A stretch of DNA of 64,000 nucleotides from an uncultured Candidatus Woesearchaeota archaeon. GTDB lineage: Archaea; Nanobdellota; Nanobdellia; Woesearchaeales; DSVV01. The stretch lies in the NCBI GenBank assembly GCA_963717515.1, contig OY970338.1, positions 1,172,861-1,236,860 on the forward strand, given 5' to 3'. Positions 9,747 through 18,178 of the stretch are shown in pieces. The stretch's first letter is position 1. The number at the start of each line of letters is the position of its first letter. The position numbers and the translations under genes were made by a program. The notes beneath the pieces were generated by a model. It saw only the letters and a list, made by a program, of their open reading frames with translations. It was not told where the DNA came from and made no database searches.

Positions 9747-12230
9747 ATGAAAAGAGGTTTAATATTTATAGTGTTGGTTTTGTTTTTGGTGGGTTTTGTT
9801 AGTGCTGCGACTTATTATGTTTCACCAACAGGAAGTGCATCATGGAGTTCATGCACGAACATTAACACTCCTTGCTCTCTTTCAACTGCAAATTCAAATG
9901 CTGTTGCAGGAGATGTGGTTATTCTTAAAACTGGTGATTACGGAGAACAGCAGATAATCCCAACCCACTCTGGAACTTCTGGTCATGTGATAACTTTTCA
10001 AAGAAACGCAGATGCGATTTGCACTTTTTCAAACCAATATCAGCCCTCTGTTTATTTAGACAGTAAAAGTTATATTGTAATTGATGGGCTTTATTTCGGA
10101 GTTGATGGCTCCCTCAATTATGCGGCAGGCGCCCATAGGCATGTCTATATATATAACGGATCAAATTATAATGAAATAAAGAATTGCAATTTTACCGGTA
10201 CAGCTCCACAAAACGGTTATCCTGATCTTACGATATGGACTTCAAATTATAATTACGTCCATAACAACGTTTTCGATCCCGGCGGCGAAGCAAACGGTAA
10301 CACAAACCCTCCAAATTATGAAAGTGATACTCTTCAGGTCTATGGCGGTTTATATAATAGAATAATTAACAACTCATTCAATGAAGGTCATGGACACTTT
10401 ATGATCACAATCGGTTGGGGGTCAACCTACAATGTTGTTCGCAGCAATACTTTAAGCGTGACAGATTATTGGAATGATGCCGCCAATCCTGCGGACGCTT
10501 CATCAAACGGATACATCGAAATATTAGTTAACTCCTACCATAATCTTGTTGAAAAGAATACCTTAACCAAAACTATGGATTCAGTCGCCGAGTCAGTGCC
10601 ACTTCAAGTGGACCCCAATTGCGCTTACAACATCTTTCGCAAGCAAACTATAACAGGAGCAGCAGGATCTACAGCAATATATCATGATTCGTCCTACAAT
10701 TCCATTTACAATTGCATATATTACCACGGTGTCTATAATGGTCGCTATTACCAATACGGGCTGATTACCATTGGGTCAGAGGGTAGTGAAGATGTTGGAA
10801 ATACTGCATATAATGAGATAGTAAATAATGTGTTCGATACTTATAATATTAGCGATGGAGTTGAGATAGATGGAATCAGCCACACCCATGATAATAGATA
10901 TAGAGGTAATATTTTGTATGGAACGCCGAGCAATGAGATCCGCCGTTTTGGAACACCCAAGACTTTATTTGAGGCAGAAAGCTCATGGGGTTCCGAATTT
11001 TTAGACAATGTTTTGCCGACTTCCACTCAACCAACCTACAGGGACGCCGCAAACGGAGACTTCACCCCTCAACCAAACTCTCCAGCAATAGACGCAGGAG
11101 CATGGCTCACAATAATAACTTCATCAACTGGCTCAGGAAAAACTTCATTTACAGTTGCTAACCCCTACTTCTTCTACGATGGCTGGGGAATCCCTGGAGA
11201 AACTGGAGATGTAATAAAAACCGAGCACGGCCAAACCACAACAATCCAGTCAATTAACTACAACACAAATACAATAACAGTTTCTCCTGCAATCAGCATT
11301 GTCAATGGAGAAGGCTTGGCATTAGACTATTCAGGGACAAAACCAGATATTGGAGCAATCGAGTATACTACAGCGCAAACTCTTTACTGCGGAGACGGAA
11401 TATGCAACAACGGAGAAACCTGCTCAACATGTCCTGGTGACTGCGGAGTTTGCCCCACTGCAAACACCTACACAATCCTGAAAACTTCAACACCTCCAAC
11501 TATCGACGGCAATCTAAATGAATTCGCAAATACAAACCCGATAACAATAACAAACTCAAACGGGAACTCATTGATATACAAAATGCTCTGGGACAGCAAT
11601 AATCTATACATTGCTGCGCAAGGAAGCGACAGCCAGCTTGCTGCATTAAATACGACAAGAGACGGAGCATTGTGGAATGATGATGCGATTGAGTTATTTT
11701 TTGATACTCTTAATGACGGGGGCACATCAATGAATTCAAATGACTACAAGTTTTTTGTTAATTTACTAAATACTCAAAGAGATAGTTATTTTGGGGGTGG
11801 AGGAGCTTCATGGAACACCGTATTCACTTCAGCTGTCACAAAAACAGGAACTCTGAATGTTGCAGGAGATACAGACACTGGATATACTATTGAAGCTGCA
11901 ATTCCGTGGGCTAACTGGGGTGTTTTAGTGCCAGCAGACAATTCTGTTTGGGGTTTTGATGTTTCAATGAATGACAGAAATGACGCAGGAAATGTAATAC
12001 AGAAAGCATGGTCTCAGACAAATGTAGGGAATATTCCTGATGAGTTTGGAGATATTATTTTCTCCTCGCAAACTGTTGGAGGCTCTTCAACTTGCGGAAA
12101 TGCAGACTCAAACAGCAACGGCATTGTTTCAATTACTGAATTGATTGATTATATCGGACGATGGAAAGCTGGAGAAGTGAATATTACTCAGCTGATTGAT
12201 GCAATTGGAAAGTGGAAGAGCGGTTGTTAA
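9747..12230 (+). CDS. Array member E. Secreted beta-helix protein with one Cys-rich minimodule, a CBM9-like domain and the double-WKSG tail.
   Basis: Signal peptide MKRGLIFIVLVLFLVGFVSA, DFTPQPNSPAIDAG, YCGDGICNNGETCSTCPGDCGVCP, a CBM9-like region, and the tail at 12093-12227. Confidence 0.9.
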   Translation: MKRGLIFIVLVLFLVGFVSAATYYVSPTGSASWSSCTNINTPCSLSTANSNAVAGDVVILKTGDYGEQQIIPTHSGTSGHVITFQRNADAICTFSNQYQPSVYLDSKSYIVIDGLYFGVDGSLNYAAGAHRHVYIYNGSNYNEIKNCNFTGTAPQNGYPDLTIWTSNYNYVHNNVFDPGGEANGNTNPPNYESDTLQVYGGLYNRIINNSFNEGHGHFMITIGWGSTYNVVRSNTLSVTDYWNDAANPADASSNGYIEILVNSYHNLVEKNTLTKTMDSVAESVPLQVDPNCAYNIFRKQTITGAAGSTAIYHDSSYNSIYNCIYYHGVYNGRYYQYGLITIGSEGSEDVGNTAYNEIVNNVFDTYNISDGVEIDGISHTHDNRYRGNILYGTPSNEIRRFGTPKTLFEAESSWGSEFLDNVLPTSTQPTYRDAANGDFTPQPNSPAIDAGAWLTIITSSTGSGKTSFTVANPYFFYDGWGIPGETGDVIKTEHGQTTTIQSINYNTNTITVSPAISIVNGEGLALDYSGTKPDIGAIEYTTAQTLYCGDGICNNGETCSTCPGDCGVCPTANTYTILKTSTPPTIDGNLNEFANTNPITITNSNGNSLIYKMLWDSNNLYIAAQGSDSQLAALNTTRDGALWNDDAIELFFDTLNDGGTSMNSNDYKFFVNLLNTQRDSYFGGGGASWNTVFTSAVTKTGTLNVAGDTDTGYTIEAAIPWANWGVLVPADNSVWGFDVSMNDRNDAGNVIQKAWSQTNVGNIPDEFGDIIFSSQTVGGSSTCGNADSNSNGIVSITELIDYIGRWKAGEVNITQLIDAIGKWKSGC

Positions 12231-12234
12231 GAAA

Positions 12235-12645
12235 TTATTTAAGAAATTTAATGAGAATATTTCTTAGTTTCTTTATCCTGTTCAAGATGTCTTCTGCTTC
12301 TTTGATTGATATGTCTTTTCCATAATAATTTATACTGTTTCTGATTCTTCTTAGCTCATCAAATTCATCTCCATTTAAGCTTTGTTTTAAAATTTCTTTT
12401 AGAAAATATGTGTAACATTCATGATTGTATACCTTATAACCTTCTTTTATTGAAAGTGCTTCCAGAATTTCTCTCAATGAATCATATGCAAGACTAATCT
12501 TAGAGGCAGATGTTACAATAGTCAATTTTAATTTCTCTTCAGATTCTGTTTTATTCTTACTTGTTTTTATCAGGGATTTAATAAGTTCGCTGTCTTTGCT
12601 AATTCTTTTGGCTATTCTTCTTTTCAAACATTCATCCCAATTCAT
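12235..12645 (-). CDS. HEPN-domain protein, the putative toxin partner of the adjacent nucleotidyltransferase
   Basis: A 136-aa all-helical protein whose start overlaps the upstream MNT gene by 4 nt. It carries ELRRIRNSINYYG where HEPN proteins carry R-x4-6-H; here Tyr replaces His. Confidence 0.6.
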   Translation of the reverse strand: MNWDECLKRRIAKRISKDSELIKSLIKTSKNKTESEEKLKLTIVTSASKISLAYDSLREILEALSIKEGYKVYNHECYTYFLKEILKQSLNGDEFDELRRIRNSINYYGKDISIKEAEDILNRIKKLRNILIKFLK

Positions 12646-13148
12646 TTTATTCTCCCACTTAAGATATACCCGTTTATTATATTATTCCTAAGTTCCAGAT
12701 TATTAATATCTTTTATTGATTTAAAGAAGAATAATTGTATTTTTCTTTTTAATTTTTTTTCGAATTTGTTCAGGTCAATTGTTTTTTTATTACCTAACAC
12801 GCACAGATCCATGTCGGAATTTTCTTTTGTTTCTGCTTTTGCCAACGAGCCAAATAAGATAATTGAAGGGCTTAACACTGATTTGTTTAGATAATCAATG
12901 AATTCTGATAATCTATCCCTCCAATAGATCCTTGATAAGTCAACAAAATCCTTACTGTCTTTATTTGCATAATAGGAAATATAATTTCGATCTTTTTCGA
13001 CCAACAACAATCCAGATTTATTATATTGAGATAGAATTTTAGAGGCTGTTGGGGGGGATATTTTATTTATTTTTGAGTATTTCCTAACGTGGATTCCTCT
13101 ATAACAATCTTCAAAAAAAGGTCTTAGATTGTTAATTATATTTAACAT
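12642..13148 (-). CDS. Minimal nucleotidyltransferase (MNT) with an N-terminal wHTH, the putative antitoxin of an MNT/HEPN pair
   Basis: NTase signature ILFGSLAKAETKENSDMDLCVLG (G-S...D-x-D) and an N-terminal wHTH-like ISPPTASKILSQYNKSGLL. A TATA-like aaatttataaac lies on the minus strand ~25-30 nt upstream. Confidence 0.7.
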   Translation of the reverse strand: MLNIINNLRPFFEDCYRGIHVRKYSKINKISPPTASKILSQYNKSGLLLVEKDRNYISYYANKDSKDFVDLSRIYWRDRLSEFIDYLNKSVLSPSIILFGSLAKAETKENSDMDLCVLGNKKTIDLNKFEKKLKRKIQLFFFKSIKDINNLELRNNIINGYILSGRIK

Positions 13149-13191
13149 ATGTAAAGAATAATTAACAACTGTTTATAAATTTTTCTGTTGT

Positions 13192-13398
13192 TTGAACTGT
13201 TCAGTTGTTATATCAGACCCTAATGGAGACGACATGAATGTTTCAGTGAGATGGTACAAGAATGATGCCTTGAATTTTACTCTTGATTATAACAATAGTT
13301 ATCCAAGCAGTTCTGTGTTCAGTGCAATTCTTGGTTCAGGAAACACAAGCAAGGGAAAGAACTGGACCTGCAGTATTAGATTGGATGATGGGATTTGA
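13192..13398 (+). pseudogene. Remnant (3' fragment) of a surface-protein gene, encoding a single Ig-like repeat fragment
   Basis: The ORF opens with TTG only and has neither an ATG nor a signal peptide. The translation ..CSVVISDPNGDDMNVSVRWYKND...GKNWTCSIRLDDGI matches the D-x-D-G-D...W-Y-x-N...W-x-C...DG pattern of repeat domains in surface proteins. It is followed by the array promoter motif, as the intact members are. Confidence 0.5.
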
Positions 13399-13406
13399 TT
13401 AAAAAA

Positions 13407-13424
13407 GATAAATTTATATATATA
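13407..13424 (+). promoter_or_regulatory. Conserved array promoter motif GATAAATTTATATATATA for member F
   Basis: The ATG at 13442 is ~27 nt downstream of the TATA centre. Confidence 0.65.
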
Positions 13425-13441
13425 ATTTCTTAATTAAGTTT

Positions 13442-15505
13442 ATGAAAAAGAGTGTGATAATTTTTGTTTGTTTGGTTTTTTTGGTTAGTTTTTCTAGTTA
13501 TTCAAATCTTGTTTCAGCAAATATAGATTTCCATCAGAGTTTTGATTCTGAAAGTGCCCCATATCCAGGAACTTCATGCACAGGTGTAGATGATCTTTAT
13601 TATAATTCATTAAACTATGGGCCTACTGGTTGGTATCCTAATTGTATGACAGAACTACGAACAGATGTAAATGATCGAAGCTCCCCTAGTACTGGAAAGA
13701 CCGTAACTTTCGTTTGTGATTGGGTTGATTGCTCTGAAAGAGCCTCATCTCAAAGAGCAAATATGAATATTTGTCAACCAACTGCATGGGGGGCAAGTTC
13801 GCCAGCTTGTGCTGATGGGGGGGATTATAATGACGGTACAGAATATTGGGTAGGTATGAGTTATTATATCCCAGTAAATAATGGATTTGAAGAAGGTGGT
13901 GGAGTAATGATGTTCCAGTTTCTTGGAGGAGGGAGTGATCACAATATTCGCCTTAGCTCTCCCTCTGTAGCATACGGATCTATGCCTAATTACCAAATAG
14001 GTTATCGCCAGGATAATAGCACAAGTGGTTGGGGTAAAGATTCTGGAATAAGCATGTCATCTACAGAAGGAACGTGGCTTGATGTTGTGGTTCAATGGGT
14101 TCCTTATACATATGATAATACAAATGCTACTATAAAAATGTGGATTAATGGTCAAAATGTTCTTGATAAAGTAGGCAAACAAACTTTTAAAACATCGTCA
14201 GGCGGACCATGGTTTCAGTTTATACTATACAATAAAGGTTGTTATCCACAATTTGATTGTCTTACTAACTGCAAGGATGCGGATGATGGGCCTGTTGAGG
14301 ATTGGAGAGTTTTAAGAATTGATGAAATAAGATTTACAGAAAATACAATGGGAACTAAAGAATATTGCTTAGTCGCCCCTCCAATCTGGGCAGCAAAACC
14401 ATCCATAAGTTATCCATCAAATGGAGCAATAAATATCCCAAGCTCATTCACAGCAACATACAGCGGGTATGTAGACCATCGCAATGACCCTCAAAATTGT
14501 TTCTCATATACAAAAACACAAATCCAGATTGATGAACAAGGAGGGGATTGGTCAACTCCTGTTTATGATTCAGGAGAGATAAATGCACAAACAAGCAACT
14601 CAATAAGCGGATTATCCTCGCAGCAATACCAAATGAGAGTGAGACACGAGTCAGTTAGGAGCGGAACATCAGACACTTACTGGGGGGAGTGGTCTGATAC
14701 TATCTTTTTCACAGTTGGGGCATCAACAACAAATAAAACCTACACAATCCTGAAAACTTCAACACCTCCAACTATCGACGGCAATATTAACGAATTCGCA
14801 AATGCAAATTCATTAACAATAACCAATTCAAATGGAAATTCTGCAACTTACAAAATGCTTTGGGACAGCAATAATTTGTATATTGCAGCCCAGGGAAGTG
14901 ACAGTCAGCTTGCAGCAATAGCCTCAGAAAGAGACGGCGCATTATGGGATGATGATGCAATTGAGTTGTTCTTCGATACACTGAACAACGGAGGAATATT
15001 TTTGAATTCAGATGATTACAAGTTTTTTGTGAATCTGCTTAATACTACAAGAGATAGTTATTTTGGTGGTGGAGGAAGTTCATGGAACACTATATTTAAT
15101 TCGGCGGTCACAACTTCAGGAACTCTGAATGTTGCAGGCAATGTTGATGCTGGCTATACAATTGAGATTGCAATTCCCTGGAGTAATTGGGGTGTTTCGG
15201 TTCCAGTAGATAGTTCTGTTTGGGGTTTTGATGTATCAATGGACGACAGAAATGATGCAGGAGATGTAATCCAGAAAGCATGGTCCCAGACAAATGTGGG
15301 CAATATTCCTGATGAGTTCGGAGATGTAACTTTCTCGTCGCAGTTTGTTTCTTCTGGAAGCGTCTGCAAATCTCTCGCAGATTCTAACAGCGACGGAGTT
15401 ATCTCGATATCTGAATTGATTAATTATATCTCCCAATGGAAATCAGGAAGTGTTTCAATAACTCAGCTGATTGATGCTATTGGAAAGTGGAAGAGCGGGT
15501 GCTAG
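13442..15505 (+). CDS. Array member F. Secreted protein in which a jelly-roll (polysaccharide-lyase/ConA-like, tentative) N-terminal domain and an FN3-like domain replace the beta-helix, followed by a CBM9-like domain and the double-WKSG tail.
   Basis: Signal peptide MKKSVIIFVCLVFLVSFSS..VSA. The N-terminal ~300 aa is unrelated to the other members (..EYWVGMSYYIP..MMFQFLGGGSDHNIRL..WLDVVVQWVPY..IKMWINGQNV..). An FN3-like segment ends in YWGEWSDTIFFTV. The last ~240 aa are identical to gene C (repeat R2). Tail is at 15365-15502. Confidence 0.85.
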   Translation: MKKSVIIFVCLVFLVSFSSYSNLVSANIDFHQSFDSESAPYPGTSCTGVDDLYYNSLNYGPTGWYPNCMTELRTDVNDRSSPSTGKTVTFVCDWVDCSERASSQRANMNICQPTAWGASSPACADGGDYNDGTEYWVGMSYYIPVNNGFEEGGGVMMFQFLGGGSDHNIRLSSPSVAYGSMPNYQIGYRQDNSTSGWGKDSGISMSSTEGTWLDVVVQWVPYTYDNTNATIKMWINGQNVLDKVGKQTFKTSSGGPWFQFILYNKGCYPQFDCLTNCKDADDGPVEDWRVLRIDEIRFTENTMGTKEYCLVAPPIWAAKPSISYPSNGAINIPSSFTATYSGYVDHRNDPQNCFSYTKTQIQIDEQGGDWSTPVYDSGEINAQTSNSISGLSSQQYQMRVRHESVRSGTSDTYWGEWSDTIFFTVGASTTNKTYTILKTSTPPTIDGNINEFANANSLTITNSNGNSATYKMLWDSNNLYIAAQGSDSQLAAIASERDGALWDDDAIELFFDTLNNGGIFLNSDDYKFFVNLLNTTRDSYFGGGGSSWNTIFNSAVTTSGTLNVAGNVDAGYTIEIAIPWSNWGVSVPVDSSVWGFDVSMDDRNDAGDVIQKAWSQTNVGNIPDEFGDVTFSSQFVSSGSVCKSLADSNSDGVISISELINYISQWKSGSVSITQLIDAIGKWKSGC

Positions 15506-15704
15506 GAAGATAAATTTATATACTATAATCTCAATGTAATCCTATGAAAAGAGGATTGATGGTGATGGTCTGCTTGGTTTTTCTGGTTAGTTTTGTTAGT
15601 GCGACGAATCATTATGTCTCTCCTTCTGGTTCTGCTTCGTGGTCCTTATGTACAAATATAAACACTCCTTGTTCATTATCAACTGCAAATTCAAATGCTG
15701 TTGC
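14789..15704 (+). repeat. Junction repeat R2, copy b: 916 bp, 100% identical to 6301-7216
   Basis: See copy a. This copy spans the 3' end of gene F, the promoter and the 5' end of gene G. Confidence 0.95.
15509..15523 (+). promoter_or_regulatory. Conserved array promoter motif for member G, identical to 7021-7035
   Basis: It lies inside repeat R2 copy b. Confidence 0.65.
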
Positions 15705-17991
15705 AGATGATGTTGTTTATCTTAGAGGGGATTCGTACACTGGAAGTGCTTTGCAACCAGCCCATTCCGGTTCATCTGGCCATCCGATTACTTATAAAAA
15801 TTATCCAGAAGAGACAGCAATATTCAGCGGTATGAATAATGGTATTAATCTTGCAAACAGAAGTTATATTACAATCGACGGCACAGACTCAAACTTTGGG
15901 ATACGGATACAGAATACTCATAATACTTGGATTGCCCTGTCAAGTTCGAGTCATATTATAATTCAACATTGTTATATGCGGAATAATAGAGGTTGGGCTG
16001 GTATTTCTGCAACAGGGTCTAATAGTTATATCCAAGTTCTAAATAATAATATGGCGAATGATGGTAAAAATGATTTCAATGATATAGTTTATTTCAGAGA
16101 TTCTGCTAATTACAATGTGTTTGAAGGAAATTATTTTGGTGATGCTGGACATACCGCATTGAATATTCATGGCTATGCAACAGCCCCCATCTTCAATGTT
16201 GTCAGGAATAATGTTTTTGAAAATACAAAACATGGTGGCCTTGGGATTTGGCCCAGTGGATCAGATCCATATTATGTTCTGTTTGAAGGGAATATCATTA
16301 AAAATGGAGGTACGGATAAGTTGAATGCCGCTCCTCCATCAAATACCAGCCAATCCCATGCTGTACAGGTTGGAGCAACTTATATAATTGGCAGAAAAAA
16401 TATATTGTATGGCAATAAGCCTGCTCCTGATGATAATTCTGGATATATGGTTATAGCTTTAACATTTGCTACATATGATGATGGTAAACCCAAGAATTGG
16501 TATAGCTCTTATTATCATAATACTTTTTATGATAATGAATATCCGATATTTGTTCGTGACAATCTATTACAAATGAAAGATAACGTCATTAAAAATAATA
16601 TTATCTATAAAAACGAGCATGATATATATTCTTGGCCGCGGTTAATTCCTGGCGTAGAATATATAAATAATTCAGGTAACAGCATAGATCCCCATTTCGT
16701 TAATATAGGGGGGGGTGATGATTTTACGCTTCAGTCAGATTCGGCCATGATAGACGCGGGCGGGTGGTTGACATTTATAACCTCAGCAACAGGTTCTGGT
16801 AAAACATCTTTTACAGTCGATCGTTCATTATACTTCTATGATGGGTGGGGTATACCTGGTGAAACCGGAGATGTAATAAAAACCCAGAACGGGCAGACAA
16901 CAACAATCCAGTCAATAAATTATGATACAAATATGATCACAGTATCCCCTGCAATAAACATTGTCAATGGTGAAGGTCTTTCATTAGATTATTCAGGCTC
17001 AGCACCAGACATTGGAGCATTTGAATATGCTTCAACTCCAACTTACTCCTGCACTGGCACAATACCTTCAAACGCAGCAGCATGGGATAGTGAAGAAAGT
17101 GAAAATCTGGGAGCGGACACTCCATGGACTTATTCAAGCTCAGATACTTCAATAAAATGTCAGTACCATTGCAATAGCGGATATACCTGGAGTGGAAGTT
17201 CTTGTGTTTTGCAGCAGCAAACATACTCCTACACAATCCTAAAGACTAATTTACCACCAACTATCGACGGAATTTTAAACGAATTCGCAAATGCAAATTC
17301 ATTAACAATAACCAATTCAAATGGAAATTCTGCAACTTACAAAATGCTTTGGGACAGCAATAGTTTGTATATTGCAGCCCAGGGAACCGATGACCAGCTT
17401 GCGGCTATTGTAAATATAAAAGACCAGACAGGAATCTGGGATGATGATTCAATTGAACTTTTCTTTGACACACTAAACAACGGAGGAAAATCATCAAATT
17501 CAGATGATTACAAGTTCTTTGTGAATCTTCTAAACACTTCTTATGATTTTTATAATGGTGGGGGAGGGGTTTCGTGGAATACTGCTTTAAGCTCTAAAAC
17601 TACAACTTCAGGAACATTAAATGTTGCAGGCAATGTTGATGCAGGCTACACAATTGAGGTTGCGATTCCATGGAAAGACTGGGTTGCACCTTCGGATAAT
17701 TCTGTGTGGGGCTTTGATGTTAACATGAATGACAGAAGAGACAACGGTACAAGAATCTGGGAAGCGTGGTCTGAGACAAGCGGGCTTAATATTCCTAATG
17801 AGTTTGGGGATGTCACTTTCTCGTCGCAGTTTGTTTCTTCTGGAAGCGTCTGCAAATCTCTCGCAGACTCTAACAGCGACGGAGTTATCTCGATATCTGA
17901 ATTAATCAATTATATCTCCCAATGGAAAACAGGAAGCGTTACAATCGAAAATCTGATTGACGCAATCGAGAAATGGAAATCAGGATGCTAG
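15544..17991 (+). CDS. Array member G. Secreted beta-helix protein with a Cys-containing linker, a CBM9-like domain and the double-WKSG tail; its ends are mosaic.
   Basis: The first 161 nt are identical to gene D. The next 18 nt (agatgatgttgtttatct) are identical to gene C. The core is unique. At the 3' end, 53 nt identical to C/F switch to 135 nt identical to gene B. DFTLQSDSAMIDAG and a CBM9-like region are present. Tail is at 17851-17988. Confidence 0.9.
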   Translation: MKRGLMVMVCLVFLVSFVSATNHYVSPSGSASWSLCTNINTPCSLSTANSNAVADDVVYLRGDSYTGSALQPAHSGSSGHPITYKNYPEETAIFSGMNNGINLANRSYITIDGTDSNFGIRIQNTHNTWIALSSSSHIIIQHCYMRNNRGWAGISATGSNSYIQVLNNNMANDGKNDFNDIVYFRDSANYNVFEGNYFGDAGHTALNIHGYATAPIFNVVRNNVFENTKHGGLGIWPSGSDPYYVLFEGNIIKNGGTDKLNAAPPSNTSQSHAVQVGATYIIGRKNILYGNKPAPDDNSGYMVIALTFATYDDGKPKNWYSSYYHNTFYDNEYPIFVRDNLLQMKDNVIKNNIIYKNEHDIYSWPRLIPGVEYINNSGNSIDPHFVNIGGGDDFTLQSDSAMIDAGGWLTFITSATGSGKTSFTVDRSLYFYDGWGIPGETGDVIKTQNGQTTTIQSINYDTNMITVSPAINIVNGEGLSLDYSGSAPDIGAFEYASTPTYSCTGTIPSNAAAWDSEESENLGADTPWTYSSSDTSIKCQYHCNSGYTWSGSSCVLQQQTYSYTILKTNLPPTIDGILNEFANANSLTITNSNGNSATYKMLWDSNSLYIAAQGTDDQLAAIVNIKDQTGIWDDDSIELFFDTLNNGGKSSNSDDYKFFVNLLNTSYDFYNGGGGVSWNTALSSKTTTSGTLNVAGNVDAGYTIEVAIPWKDWVAPSDNSVWGFDVNMNDRRDNGTRIWEAWSETSGLNIPNEFGDVTFSSQFVSSGSVCKSLADSNSDGVISISELINYISQWKTGSVTIENLIDAIEKWKSGC

Positions 17992-18178
17992 ATAAATTTA
18001 TATATGCAATTCCTATGTAATCCTAAGTAAAATGAAAAGGGGATTGATGGTGATGGTCTGTTTGGTTTTTTTTGTTAGCTTTGTCAGTGCCACTAATTAT
18101 TATGTTTCACCTGCGGGTTCTGCATCGTGGGCTTCATGCACAAATATCAATACTCCTTGTTCATTATCAACTGCAAAT
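17857..18178 (+). repeat. Junction repeat R1, copy b: 322 bp, 100% identical to 4272-4593
   Basis: See copy a. This copy spans the 3' end of gene G, the promoter and the 5' end of gene H. Confidence 0.95.
17991..18005 (+). promoter_or_regulatory. Conserved array promoter motif for member H, identical to 4406-4420
   Basis: It lies inside repeat R1 copy b. Confidence 0.65.
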
